64,000 nucleotides of DNA from Microcoleus sp. Its GTDB lineage: Bacteria > Cyanobacteriota > Cyanobacteriia > Cyanobacteriales > Microcoleaceae. Position 1 is the first letter of the stretch. Every line of letters begins with the position of its first letter. Where the stretch lies: assembly GCA_042408215.1 (NCBI GenBank), contig JAYFMW010000005.1, forward strand, positions 576,001 through 640,000, written 5' to 3'. A model generated the notes under the pieces. The model searched no databases. It saw only the letters and a program-made list of their open reading frames with translations, and was not told where the DNA came from. Positions 54,301-63,776 of the stretch are shown one piece after another. The translations under genes and the position numbers were made by a program.

Positions 54301-54439
54301 ACAAGTAAACTATATTATCACTAGAATCCCTAAAAAAGGAGAGAATTTTCCAGTCCTTAATAGCGAAAATATTTTAGGATTTGACTACGGCAACCTTGTT
54401 ACGAAGGTTCCACCAGATCAAACCCCAAAACTAGCATGA
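51368..54439 (+). CDS. Putative polymorphic toxin: dockerin-like, Ig-like and ZU5-like stalk with a C-terminal GHL10 (DUF187) glycoside hydrolase
   Basis: GDINSDGRIDTTD/DLNRDGIINSVD; Ig-like FKPTPGFSGIASFDF; tip motifs GWFEG, LDLLHPDV, IIFDDRY, QDLARWLQEG, QLY. Confidence 0.72.
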   Translation: MGVSVASKDNQGLPELPEIGGLTPILTSTNTNSTYSLFSINRSGLNLLNFNSALSSAYTLKLNVAGDINSDGRIDTTDRQLLNNALGSTATDPNYTINLDLNRDGIINSVDQTLLNNNFGFITNKPPVTSPFSTNTHAELETIIPLIGKATDPENYPISYNTLNPINGTVKFDPITKTATFKPTPGFSGIASFDFIASDGYNRGVPAKVTVNVSGAPLLSLDFANRNPQLYPGDNTKLVVLGDFADQKGVVLPDSYLTYTSLNPEIAPIDAFGKITGLANGTSIFTASHNNIQAVTAARVGEMPIPANDDEWNALLAEIYGLDVYPKAVTLTTGVKRSLLVGIQGLTDSPDLKFGSTGTRYFVSNPNVLQVNSDGVITAVGEGIANVTVIDGAAEKVVPVRVEKPLIGPATLGVDGGVVQGSDGSKVMVAPTALTQDTTVNITSLSRESLSLPIPAGFEFAGAFNLDFSGDKMNQPAQLAIPAPSGLAVGTKVYFMRKGAIPDETGTPNPMWLQEESGIVGSDGFIRTQSPPYPGIVKPGEYMVAYANPANSATLVKGQLTYDFPLAFLGIIDPFGNIGQLLEPDSFAATPAFTVSHKISSVKVIAVPKEGLPIVTELKVEPNAEGIATFEGDLTQANSGSGGSGGGAWPPPNMGSYWFSYNGSLKKTSAERRAMFKNILENPSIKKVYLNVLSAFGVTFKPSDTTELHPSDIVNMISSLQGEDIFTEFQQEIQKYNKAHPNNPSQIQVVGWFEGTGIGRSGSTLFETAADAKYSKAGAQNYNAVLKKTTDGVNTLDLLHPDVHNKLKEIVSDFLKKHRDVVSSIIFDDRYGIFKDAMSEIAARYDIPNGYPNGQTAWIRDRLTNNLKDIKNTVASFGTKLSISSHKFSWAADKNNQDLARWLQEGIIDGEYNFQLYKNGAQYQSFIQEYNANMQLASTVLSKNKTGVIPSLSVSLGYTAGRDEEGKPILLSKEDIKKQVNYIITRIPKKGENFPVLNSENILGFDYGNLVTKVPPDQTPKLA

Positions 54440-55983
54440 AATCAAAAACTACTATGCCTAAATATAAAATTAGCCTCTTCCTGAGTCTCTGTTCAGTTTG
54501 TTTCCTGTTGTTAATTGGTCAACCTACCATGTCTACTACTTCTTTTCAAAATACCGAATCGAAAACTGTCTACAAGTATGGCTTCATTAACAAGAAAGGT
54601 CAGTATGTAGTTCCACCTCAATTTGATACAACATTTTATAGTTTTTCCGAAGGGCTAGCCGTAGTAGAGAGAGAAGGGGAACATGGATATGTAGACCAAA
54701 CAGGAAAAATTGTTATCCCCCTTAAATGTGAAAGTGTTACTTGGAATTTTTCAGAAGGATTGGCTAGAGCGATACTCAAGCGTGGCGACAAGATAGGTTA
54801 TATTGACAAGACAGGTAATTATGTCATCCCACCTCAATTCGATGATGCAGAAGATTTTGCGGGAGGACTAGCAGTCGTCAAAATCAAGGATAAACATGGC
54901 TACGATCAATATGGCTACATTGACAAAAAAGGTAAGTATGTAATTCAACCTCAATTTGATTATGCTACTAGATTTAATCTAGGTCTAGCTTTAGTAGAAA
55001 TTAGGAACGACAAGACTGCTATTAACAAGTATGGCTTAATTGACAAGACAGGCAAATACAGGCTCAAACCTAGTTTCGATTATATTCAAGATCCTGACAG
55101 TCAGGGCATATCTGCTCTTGTTGCTGAATTCAAAGAAGGACTAATGCGAGTTGGTGTAGTGGACGAGTCTTGTCCTAAAAAAAATGACACCTCTGATTAT
55201 GTGAAAAAGAAGTTCGGCTTTATTGACAGGACGGGAAAGATTGTAATCCCCCTCAAATTTGAGAGTGTGGGCGATTTTTATAATGGGCGAGCAGTAGCTT
55301 TATTTCGTACTGGAACCACAGCTAAAAGTTGCGATGCTAAGGGTGGCAAATACGGTTACATAGATAAAACAGGAGAGGTTGTCATTCCCCCTCAATTTGA
55401 TGAGGCTAGCGATTTTTCAGAAGGGTTAGCAGTAGTAACAATGGGGGGAAAATCCGGTTATATCGATGTGTCAGGTAACTTGGTTATTCCTTTTGGTGGT
55501 TCTAAGTTTTCTGAAGGATTGGCTTCTGTAAGAGCTAGCGATAGCAAATTGGTGGGTTATATTGACAAAACGGGTAAATTTGTGATTTCGCCTCGTTTTT
55601 ACAGTGCTTATGAATTTGAGAACGGCTTAGCAGACGTGGAAGCAATGAATGGTAAGAGAGGTTTGATTGACAAAACTGGGAAATATGTAATCGAACCAAA
55701 ATTTGAAACTTACACTACCTTTTCTGAAGGATTGGCAATAGTAGGAGTCCGTGAAAACGGAGAACAAAAATACGGCTATGTTGACCAAACAGGAAAGATA
55801 GTAATAGAGCCTCAATTTGAGAGAGCTGGGTTCTTCGATCAAGGATTGGCAGTAGTAGGGGTGAAAACTGAAGTGAAAATACAAAAAGATTGTGAGAACG
55901 CTGAGTGTAACAACCAGAGTAAGCTTTCTGGGTCTTCACCGTACAAGTCTTGTAAACTGTTGAATTTCATGCGGCGCGGATAG
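54436..55983 (+). CDS. Secreted WG-repeat protein 1 (candidate immunity)
   Basis: Signal peptide; repeated YGYIDKTGxxVIxPQF/FSEGLA; ATGA overlap with the toxin stop. Confidence 0.85.
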   Translation: MKSKTTMPKYKISLFLSLCSVCFLLLIGQPTMSTTSFQNTESKTVYKYGFINKKGQYVVPPQFDTTFYSFSEGLAVVEREGEHGYVDQTGKIVIPLKCESVTWNFSEGLARAILKRGDKIGYIDKTGNYVIPPQFDDAEDFAGGLAVVKIKDKHGYDQYGYIDKKGKYVIQPQFDYATRFNLGLALVEIRNDKTAINKYGLIDKTGKYRLKPSFDYIQDPDSQGISALVAEFKEGLMRVGVVDESCPKKNDTSDYVKKKFGFIDRTGKIVIPLKFESVGDFYNGRAVALFRTGTTAKSCDAKGGKYGYIDKTGEVVIPPQFDEASDFSEGLAVVTMGGKSGYIDVSGNLVIPFGGSKFSEGLASVRASDSKLVGYIDKTGKFVISPRFYSAYEFENGLADVEAMNGKRGLIDKTGKYVIEPKFETYTTFSEGLAIVGVRENGEQKYGYVDQTGKIVIEPQFERAGFFDQGLAVVGVKTEVKIQKDCENAECNNQSKLSGSSPYKSCKLLNFMRRG

Positions 55984-56113
55984 AAATCTTTGAGCTGGAT
56001 GTTTACCCGCAAGCCGTGACTTTAACAACAGGAGTAAAGCGATCGTTACTGGTGGGATAGGTTTTGACTATGGCAATCTTTTAATCAATATTCCTCCCAT
56101 TAAGACCACTTAA
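55983..56113 (+). pseudogene. Collapsed toxin-cassette relic
   Basis: EIFELDVYPQAVTLTTGVKRSLLVG (matches 52319-52393) joined to GFDYGNL (matches the toxin C-terminus near 54376). Confidence 0.8.
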
Positions 56114-56127
56114 TTAAAAAAAATATT

Positions 56128-57657
56128 ATGCAAAAGAAGGCTATTTTCTTTGGTATATGTTTAATTTGTTTCCTGTTGTTAATTGCTCAACCTACAATGT
56201 CTACTACTTACTCCCAAAATACCGAATCAAAAACCGTCTACAAGTATGGCTTCATTAACAAGAAAGGTCAGTATGTAGTTCCACCTCAATTTGATACATT
56301 TTATGGTTTTTCCGAAGGGTTAGCCGTAGTAGAGAGAGAAGGAAAACAAGGATATGTAGACACAACTGGCAAAATTGTTATCCCCTTTAAATTTGAAGGT
56401 GTTACTCATAATTTTTCAGAAGGATTGGCAACAGCGACACTCAAGCGTGACGACAAGATAGGTTATATTGACAAGACAGGTAATTATGTCATCTCCCCCC
56501 AATTTGATGAAGCACGAGATTTTGTAGAAGGACTGGCTGTCGTCAAAATCAAGGATAAATATGGCTACGATAAATATGGCTACATTGACAAAAAAGGTAA
56601 GTATGCAGTTCAACCTCAATTTGATTATGCTACTAGATTTTATCAAGGTCTAGCTCTAGTAGAAATTAGGAACGACAAGACTTCTATTAACAAGTATGGC
56701 TTAATTGACAAGACAGGCAAATACAGGCTCAAACCTAGTTTCGATTATATTCAAGATCCTGACAGTCAGGGCATATCTGCTCTTGTTGCTGAATTCAAAG
56801 AAGGACTAATGCGAGTTGGTGTAGTGGACGAGTCTTGTCCTAAAAAAAATGACACCTCTGATTATGTGAAAAAGAAGTTCGGCTTTATTGACAGGACGGG
56901 AAAGATTGTAATCCCCCTCAAATTTGAGAGTGTGGGCGATTTTTATAATGGGCGAGCAGTAGCTTTATTTCGTACTGGAACCACAGCTAAAACTTGCGAT
57001 GCTAAGGGTGGCAAATACGGTTACATAGATCGAACAGGAGAGGTTGTCATTCCACCTCAATTTGATGAGGCTAGCGATTTCTCAGAAGGGTTAGCAGCCG
57101 TAACAATCGGGAAAAAATCAGGTTATATTGATGTGTCAGGAAAATTTGTAATTAATGAGCCTAAATTTTCAGAAGGATTAGCTATTGTTAGAAGTCGTGA
57201 CAACGGATTATACGGCTATATCAACAAGACAGGTAAATTTGTCATTCCCCCTCGTTTTTCCTTTACTCTTGGCTTTAATAACGGCTGGGCTATCGTGGAA
57301 ATTAACGGTAAGAGAGGTATGATTGACAAGACGGGGAAATATATAATCGAACCAAAGTTTGATAGTGTTACTACATTTTCCGAAGGACTGGCGATAGTAG
57401 GAGTCCATGAAAACGGAGAACAAAAATACGGCTATGTTGACCAAACAGGAAAGATAGTAATAGAGCCTCAATTTGATGAGGCTGGGTTCTTTGAGCAAGG
57501 ATTGGCAGTAGTAAGGGTGAAAATTGAAGTGAAAATACAAAAAGATTGTGAGAACGCTGAGTGTAATAATCAGAGTCAGCCTTCTGGGTCTTCACCGCAC
57601 TTATCCTGTAAGCTAAGGAGTGCGATTAAGGCTTTATTCACCGATACAAAGAAGTGA
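56128..57657 (+). CDS. Secreted WG-repeat protein 2 (candidate immunity)
   Basis: Paralog of 54436-55983. Confidence 0.85.
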   Translation: MQKKAIFFGICLICFLLLIAQPTMSTTYSQNTESKTVYKYGFINKKGQYVVPPQFDTFYGFSEGLAVVEREGKQGYVDTTGKIVIPFKFEGVTHNFSEGLATATLKRDDKIGYIDKTGNYVISPQFDEARDFVEGLAVVKIKDKYGYDKYGYIDKKGKYAVQPQFDYATRFYQGLALVEIRNDKTSINKYGLIDKTGKYRLKPSFDYIQDPDSQGISALVAEFKEGLMRVGVVDESCPKKNDTSDYVKKKFGFIDRTGKIVIPLKFESVGDFYNGRAVALFRTGTTAKTCDAKGGKYGYIDRTGEVVIPPQFDEASDFSEGLAAVTIGKKSGYIDVSGKFVINEPKFSEGLAIVRSRDNGLYGYINKTGKFVIPPRFSFTLGFNNGWAIVEINGKRGMIDKTGKYIIEPKFDSVTTFSEGLAIVGVHENGEQKYGYVDQTGKIVIEPQFDEAGFFEQGLAVVRVKIEVKIQKDCENAECNNQSQPSGSSPHLSCKLRSAIKALFTDTKK

Positions 57658-57709
57658 GAGGTCATTGTTATAAAGGTTTCACCACATTAGAATACAAAAC
57701 AAAACTAGC

Positions 57710-59278
57710 ATGAGCTCAAAAACTACTATGCCTAAGTATAAAATACTCATCTTTATGAGTATCTTTTTAATTTATTTTTTCTTGTCAATTAGTCAGCCTA
57801 ATATGTTTACTAAATTATCGGAAGATACATATTCAAAAATTTTTTCACAAACTGTATATAAGTATGGATTCATTAACAAGACAGGTAAGTATGTAGTTCC
57901 ACCTCAATTTGATAGCATTGGCGATTTTTCAGAAGGACTGGCATTAGTAATTGTTGGCAATAAAAGTGGCTATATAAACAAAACTGGCCAACTTGTTATC
58001 CCTTTGAAATTTGAAGTTCTCGCTCTTGCTAGGCTATTTTCAGTGGGAAGCGAGAATTTTTCAGAAGGATTTGCAGCAGCTATAAGCGAAACCGAAGGCA
58101 AGTCAGGTTATATTGACAAGAAAGGTAATTATGTCATATCCCCGCAATTTGATGAAACAAAAATTTTTTCAGAAGGACTAGCAGCCGTTAAAATCAACGA
58201 GAAATATGGCTACATTAATAAACAGGGCAATTATGTAATTCAACCTCAATTTGAGTACGCTAGTAATTTTTTAAAAGGTATAGCCATAGTACAACTTTAC
58301 GAAGTAAAAATTAATAACGAAAAAAAATACTACAAGTATGGATTAATTGACAAAAGAGGCAAATACATAGCCAATCCCAAGTTCGATCGTATTAGCGATA
58401 CTGATACTAATCGCAGCTTTACTTCTATTGCTGAATTCAAAGAAGGACTAATGCGGGTTGGTATGGGGGGTGACTATTATCGCATGGTGGGTTACATTAA
58501 TGCGAAGTGGGGTTTTATTGATAGGACGGGAAAGATTGTCATCCCCATTAAGTTTGATGGGGTTAGCAACTTTTCTAATGGGCGGGCATTGGCTTTCTTT
58601 CCTACTGGAACCCCCGACGAAAATGGCTTTATAGTTGGCAAAAGTGGTTACATTGATCGGACAGGAAAGGTTGTTATCTCCCCTCAATTTGACGAGGCTA
58701 GCGATTTCTCAAAAGGGTTAGCAAAAGTAAAAATAGGTGAAAAGTCAAGTTATATCGATTTGTCAGGAAAATTTGTACTCCCTCCTGTTAGTGAGCATAC
58801 ATTTTCAGAAGGGTTAGCCCTTGTTATAAGTCGTGATAACGGATTATACGGATATATTAACAAGACGGGTAAATTTGTCATTCCCCCTCGTTTTTCCTTT
58901 GCTTTTGACTTTGATAACGGCTCGGCCATCGTGGAAATTAACGGTAAGAGAGGTATGATTGACAAGACGGGGAAGTATATAATCGAACCAAAATTTTACA
59001 GTATTACTAAATTTTCCGAAGGGCTGGCGATAGTAAGAGTCGGCGAAGATGGAGAAAAATACGGCTATGTTGACCAAACAGGAAAGATAGTAATAGAGCC
59101 TCAATTCGATTGGGCTGGGTTCTTTGAGCAAGGATTGGCAGTAGTAAGGGTGAAAACAGAAGTGAAGGTACAAAAAGATTGTGAGAACGCTGAGTGTAAT
59201 AATCAGAGTCAGCCTTCTGAACCTTCACCGCACTCATCCTGTAAGCTAATGAGTGCAATTAAAGGGTTTGTTCACTAA
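57710..59278 (+). CDS. Secreted WG-repeat protein 3 (candidate immunity)
   Basis: Paralog; preceded by about 50 bp resembling the toxin 3' end. Confidence 0.85.
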   Translation: MSSKTTMPKYKILIFMSIFLIYFFLSISQPNMFTKLSEDTYSKIFSQTVYKYGFINKTGKYVVPPQFDSIGDFSEGLALVIVGNKSGYINKTGQLVIPLKFEVLALARLFSVGSENFSEGFAAAISETEGKSGYIDKKGNYVISPQFDETKIFSEGLAAVKINEKYGYINKQGNYVIQPQFEYASNFLKGIAIVQLYEVKINNEKKYYKYGLIDKRGKYIANPKFDRISDTDTNRSFTSIAEFKEGLMRVGMGGDYYRMVGYINAKWGFIDRTGKIVIPIKFDGVSNFSNGRALAFFPTGTPDENGFIVGKSGYIDRTGKVVISPQFDEASDFSKGLAKVKIGEKSSYIDLSGKFVLPPVSEHTFSEGLALVISRDNGLYGYINKTGKFVIPPRFSFAFDFDNGSAIVEINGKRGMIDKTGKYIIEPKFYSITKFSEGLAIVRVGEDGEKYGYVDQTGKIVIEPQFDWAGFFEQGLAVVRVKTEVKVQKDCENAECNNQSQPSEPSPHSSCKLMSAIKGFVH

Positions 59279-59287
59279 TACCGTGAG

Positions 59288-62188
59288 TTGGTTTTTGGAA
59301 TACCAAAACTTTTTGATACCCATTCCATTACTTCTCATAGAGCGATTGTAGTGGGTGCAGACGGCTACATCCGCACCACTTCGCCACCCTTTCCAGGTGT
59401 GACAGAGAGCGGTACTTATACAATTGGATTATTACCCGCAGGAATGCCATCAGTTAGTTCAATTGTTAACGCCAGCACAAAAGCTAATTCAGGACTAATT
59501 AACCTTTCGACTAACCTCAACTTTGAGAATAGTTATTTAGGAGCAAAAACGAGTGGAATTGGTGCAGTAGCAGCCACAGAAAATCAATTCGAGGCGACAA
59601 CATCACTATTAGCTTACTTAGCCCAATCTTCAAACAAGCCACTGGAAATAATCGGAATTCCCAAAGTTGGAGAAACTGTCGTTACTACCGCTCAGGTACA
59701 ACTCAATACACAAGGAGTTCCTACAGTCTCAGCAGTTCTCTTAGGGCCAGACACTGGGCTAGCAGTCCCTCTTGAACCGCCATCGCTGGAGTCGGCGCAA
59801 CTGGAGTTCTCCAACAGCGAACCTGTGATATTCTTAACAGGCAGCAATTTCCTCAATGGACTCAACGGCAATCTGGGTGCTAGTTTCGGGGATTTGAAGG
59901 TTGACTTCAAGGTGTCCGGTAAGAGCTACTCAGGCACTGTTGTACCGGGACTCAGTAGTTCCCTGGGAGAAAACCGCTATAAAGTGGCGATAAAAGCTCC
60001 TATCAGCGTACCTCTGGGCGAGTCGGAAATTGTGCTGTCGCGACCGCAAAAGGAGCGTTTTGGCCCAGGCCCTCTTGATTCTGATGTGGTCAAACGTTCG
60101 AGTTTTGAAGACCTCCAATTAAAGCCTGTATTTTCTGACCTAATACTGGTAGCACAGCGCTCTAGTGACAAAATTCAGGTAATCGACGCTCTCAGTTCAG
60201 TTCAGAGTCCGTCGAACCCGCAACAGAAGCCACCCAAGGATTTATCGGTGGGGATACCGGGGACAACGGCGGGGACAACCTTAGACCGTCCGGGACTGTT
60301 AGCTGTGACCAGTAATGCGACTCGCGCCTATGTACCTTTGGAATATACGGGGCGGGTGGCGATGGTGGATTTGTTGGCGCGGCGTCCGGTTGATGCTGAT
60401 GCTTCTACGGCGACTGTCGATGATATTAATTTGCCGAGTGGTGCATCTCCTGGAGCAATATCTATTGACCCTTGGGATAATTATGCTTACATCACGGACT
60501 CTAAACGGGGTAGCATTTATGTTCTGGATGTTAATCCAGACTCGCCCAGTTATAACCAAGTTGTTCGGACTATCCCAGTTAATGCGACATCAGGACTGCG
60601 CCAGATTGCGATTAGCAGTGACGGGCGCAAGCTGTTTGCTACTGCGACTGATGGTTATATTTATGCTGTGAATATTGACCCAGAAGACAAACCGACGGTT
60701 CCGAATTCTAATCCTAATAAGTGGTGGGAGCAAATTGGAAAGGTTTTGACTCCTACGGGAGCTTTTGGGTTGGCTGCAACTCCTGACCCGCTCAAAATGG
60801 TTTTTACTAATGGTAATAGGGAAACAGACGGCAGCGGTTTTGGGGTGTTGACTGTGAGTGATGACCCTCTGAATTTTGCTCCGACAACTCGTTACACGAA
60901 TTTAACGCTGACTGATAATAACAATGTCTTTGAGGTGAATGAGGGGGTGGCTGTCACGATGACGGCTGATGGGAAGTATGCGTTTGTGGCTGGTCGTAAT
61001 AGTAAAAAAATCCTTGAACCTAATGCTAATCCGCTGGCGGGGGGGAATATTGGGATTATTAAAGATCCGTTGGGGCCTAATCCGAAATTAGTTGCTGCTA
61101 CTGAACCGGTGCCGGGGATTTTAACTAATAATGTGACTCTTTCTGGTGATGGTAAGTATCTGATTGGTTCTTATCCTACTCTGGGTGGTGGTGGAAGTGC
61201 TTATGTCTTTGATGTGGGGGAAATTATTAAGACTGTTGAAAATCCTGGTGGTAAAGATTTGACGAAGGTGGCTGTTGATAAGATCGATCCGAAGGTTGTT
61301 TCTAAGAGTTTTGCGACGGGTGGTAATCCTTTGGGGTTGCTTGTAGCGCAAAATTTTGAGGACATTCTGCTCAGAGAATTAGAACAGTTTGAAAGGCTAC
61401 TCAGCGAACCGAATAATCTCAAACAAATAGACGATTTTCTTAAGCGTTGGATACTACCACACATACAGGGGAAATATCCTACCATAGAGCGAATACTGCG
61501 TCGGTTCGGGGAAACGGGTGATTGGACGGTGGCAGATACAGAAATCATAGCGTTACTTAATAAGGCAGTTGATAGGTATCGGTTTGATTCTTCTCGAGTA
61601 GATGGATCGGGACCTCATGGTGTCAGAGCACCAATTCCAGAAGATCGGGAAATTCATCTCATATTTCGTGGGGTGGCTGGGGGTGCTAATTTTGCTTGGT
61701 TTGCGCGTTTAGTAGGGTTAGGCAATTTTGAAAATTTGCCTAATGCAAGCCGACACATGAATCATTATTTGGAGAATTCTGGACAACCATTAACTATTGA
61801 CATGAATGAATTTAGGAAAGTCCCTACTGTCAAACAAAACATAGATAAAGCAGTGGAAGAGGCTAAAAAAATCATCGCGAGAGCCAGAAAAAATAGCAAA
61901 AATCTACATCCAAACACATTGATTAGTGGTGTCCGACAACCTGGTCAGGTAAGAAGAGATGAATCGGAGGATTGGTTCTTTGCAGTGGGTGATTACAGCT
62001 ACTGGTGGCAAGCCGATCCAGTTAGTGGTGAGATTACCGTACAAATCAGGGACAAATACAATTGGGATCAAACTAAAGACGTACAGATTCTGGGAGTTCC
62101 AATCAAGGATGAAATTCTGGGAAGTCTTCATCAAGCTGGGCTTGCCCAGGAATATGAAGTAAGAGGAGAATATAAGCAGCGTATTTAG
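59288..62188 (+). CDS. Orphan toxin cassette lacking the N-terminus: shared stalk, YVTN-like beta-propeller, colicin-M-like tip
   Basis: Homology to toxin 1 starts at VGADGYIRTTSPPFPG; propeller motifs (AISSDGRKLFA, MTADGKYAFV); tip HYLENSG...DKYNW...EYEVRGE. Confidence 0.7.
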   Translation: MVFGIPKLFDTHSITSHRAIVVGADGYIRTTSPPFPGVTESGTYTIGLLPAGMPSVSSIVNASTKANSGLINLSTNLNFENSYLGAKTSGIGAVAATENQFEATTSLLAYLAQSSNKPLEIIGIPKVGETVVTTAQVQLNTQGVPTVSAVLLGPDTGLAVPLEPPSLESAQLEFSNSEPVIFLTGSNFLNGLNGNLGASFGDLKVDFKVSGKSYSGTVVPGLSSSLGENRYKVAIKAPISVPLGESEIVLSRPQKERFGPGPLDSDVVKRSSFEDLQLKPVFSDLILVAQRSSDKIQVIDALSSVQSPSNPQQKPPKDLSVGIPGTTAGTTLDRPGLLAVTSNATRAYVPLEYTGRVAMVDLLARRPVDADASTATVDDINLPSGASPGAISIDPWDNYAYITDSKRGSIYVLDVNPDSPSYNQVVRTIPVNATSGLRQIAISSDGRKLFATATDGYIYAVNIDPEDKPTVPNSNPNKWWEQIGKVLTPTGAFGLAATPDPLKMVFTNGNRETDGSGFGVLTVSDDPLNFAPTTRYTNLTLTDNNNVFEVNEGVAVTMTADGKYAFVAGRNSKKILEPNANPLAGGNIGIIKDPLGPNPKLVAATEPVPGILTNNVTLSGDGKYLIGSYPTLGGGGSAYVFDVGEIIKTVENPGGKDLTKVAVDKIDPKVVSKSFATGGNPLGLLVAQNFEDILLRELEQFERLLSEPNNLKQIDDFLKRWILPHIQGKYPTIERILRRFGETGDWTVADTEIIALLNKAVDRYRFDSSRVDGSGPHGVRAPIPEDREIHLIFRGVAGGANFAWFARLVGLGNFENLPNASRHMNHYLENSGQPLTIDMNEFRKVPTVKQNIDKAVEEAKKIIARARKNSKNLHPNTLISGVRQPGQVRRDESEDWFFAVGDYSYWWQADPVSGEITVQIRDKYNWDQTKDVQILGVPIKDEILGSLHQAGLAQEYEVRGEYKQRI

Positions 62189-62200
62189 GAGGATTATGTT

Positions 62201-62692
62201 ATGAATAAAGCAGCGATTATTGCTATTGTTATGCTGACTTTATTACAGTTAGGTAGTTGTTCAAATGCAAATTCTACCAAAGTCTCTGAACCAGAGACTC
62301 AAGCATCCCAAATGCCTGTTGATATTGAAGAAGTACAGTCATTTACTCGGATTATCCTACCCAAAAGCTATCGAGATTTGCACGTTGACGATGACAAAGA
62401 GCGTAGCCGTATGATATCCATGCGATTCACAATGGATCGCTCTGAATTGGAAAAGTTTTTAACAACAGCAGGTTACAAGGGGAAGGTAAAACTTAATGAT
62501 ACTCGTGAACTGGGAACCGCTAACCTTGCCTGGAAACGGTGGTGGACACCAGACAAAGCCAAAAATTACTTGTCAGGTAGAATTAACCAGCAGAGCCAAG
62601 GTAAGCTTTGGCAAAGCCAAATTTTGATAGACCTAGTAAGTGAGCAAACTGTTACTGTCTATCTTCAAGTATTAGAGATATATGGAAGTTAA
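62201..62692 (+). CDS. Lipoprotein 1 (candidate immunity)
   Basis: Lipobox LGSC; WKRWWTPD motif; 12 bp after the toxin stop. Confidence 0.8.
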   Translation: MNKAAIIAIVMLTLLQLGSCSNANSTKVSEPETQASQMPVDIEEVQSFTRIILPKSYRDLHVDDDKERSRMISMRFTMDRSELEKFLTTAGYKGKVKLNDTRELGTANLAWKRWWTPDKAKNYLSGRINQQSQGKLWQSQILIDLVSEQTVTVYLQVLEIYGS

Positions 62693-62742
62693 TTGCTCCG
62701 GGAAAGACATGAATCTTTGATAGTCCCTTTTACGAGGATTAT

Positions 62743-63237
62743 GTGATAAAAAAAGGAGCGATTATTACCAGTGTTATTCTGACTTTATTTCAGTTAAGTA
62801 GTTGTTCAATTGCAACTTCTACCAAAGTCTCTGAACCAGAGACTCAAGCATCTCAAATGCCTGTTGATATTGAAGAAGTGCAATCATTCACTCGGATTAT
62901 TTTGCCCAAAAGCTATCGAGATTTGCACGTTGACGATGACAAAGAGCGTGGCCGTCTGATTTCTGTGCGGTTCACGATGAACCGCATAGAATTAGATAAG
63001 TTCTTAACAGAAGCAGGTTATGAGGGGAAGGCAAAACTTAATGATGGCCGTGAACTGGGAACCGCTCACTTGGCGTGGAAACGCTGGTGGACGCCAGACA
63101 ATGCAAAGAACTACTTATCAGGTATAATTCGTGAGGATAACTCAGGTAAAGTCTGGCAAAGTCAGATACTGGTAGACCTGGTAAGTGAAAAAACTGTTAT
63201 TGTGTACCTTCGGGTATTAGAGGTATACGGAAGTTAA
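62743..63237 (+). CDS. Lipoprotein 2 (paralog)
   Basis: Lipobox LSSC; highly similar to lipoprotein 1. Confidence 0.8.
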   Translation: MIKKGAIITSVILTLFQLSSCSIATSTKVSEPETQASQMPVDIEEVQSFTRIILPKSYRDLHVDDDKERGRLISVRFTMNRIELDKFLTEAGYEGKAKLNDGRELGTAHLAWKRWWTPDNAKNYLSGIIREDNSGKVWQSQILVDLVSEKTVIVYLRVLEVYGS

Positions 63238-63290
63238 TTTATCTGGGAAAAACATCGAACTTTGATAGTCCCTTTGAGGAGCTTTAGGTT

Positions 63291-63776
63291 ATGAAGAAAG
63301 CAGCGCTTATGGCCAGTATGATGCTGACTTTATTTCAGTTAGGTAGTTGTTCAAACGCAACTTTTACCAAAGTCTCTGAGCCAGAGACTCAAGCATCTGA
63401 AATGCCGGTTGATATTGAAGAAGTGCAATCATTTACTCGGATTACTCTACCCAAAAGTTACCGAGACTTGCACGTTTATGACAACAAAGAGCGCGGACGG
63501 CTGATGGCTGTGCGATTTACAATGGATCGTTCTGAATTGGAAGAGTTTTTGATAGCAGCAGGTTACAAGGGAAAGGTAAAACTTAATGATAGCCGTGAGC
63601 TGGGAAACGGTCAGCTTTCATGGAAAAAGTGGTGGACGCCAGACAATGCAAAGAACTACTTATCAGGTATAATTCGTGAGGAGAACTCAGGTCTAGTCTG
63701 GCAAAGTAAGATGCGGGTAGACCTTGCAAGTGAGCAAACCGTTATTGTATATCTTCTGGTATTAGAGGCATCTTGA
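63291..63776 (+). CDS. Lipoprotein 3 (paralog)
   Basis: Lipobox LGSC; highly similar to lipoproteins 1 and 2. Confidence 0.8.
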   Translation: MKKAALMASMMLTLFQLGSCSNATFTKVSEPETQASEMPVDIEEVQSFTRITLPKSYRDLHVYDNKERGRLMAVRFTMDRSELEEFLIAAGYKGKVKLNDSRELGNGQLSWKKWWTPDNAKNYLSGIIREENSGLVWQSKMRVDLASEQTVIVYLLVLEAS

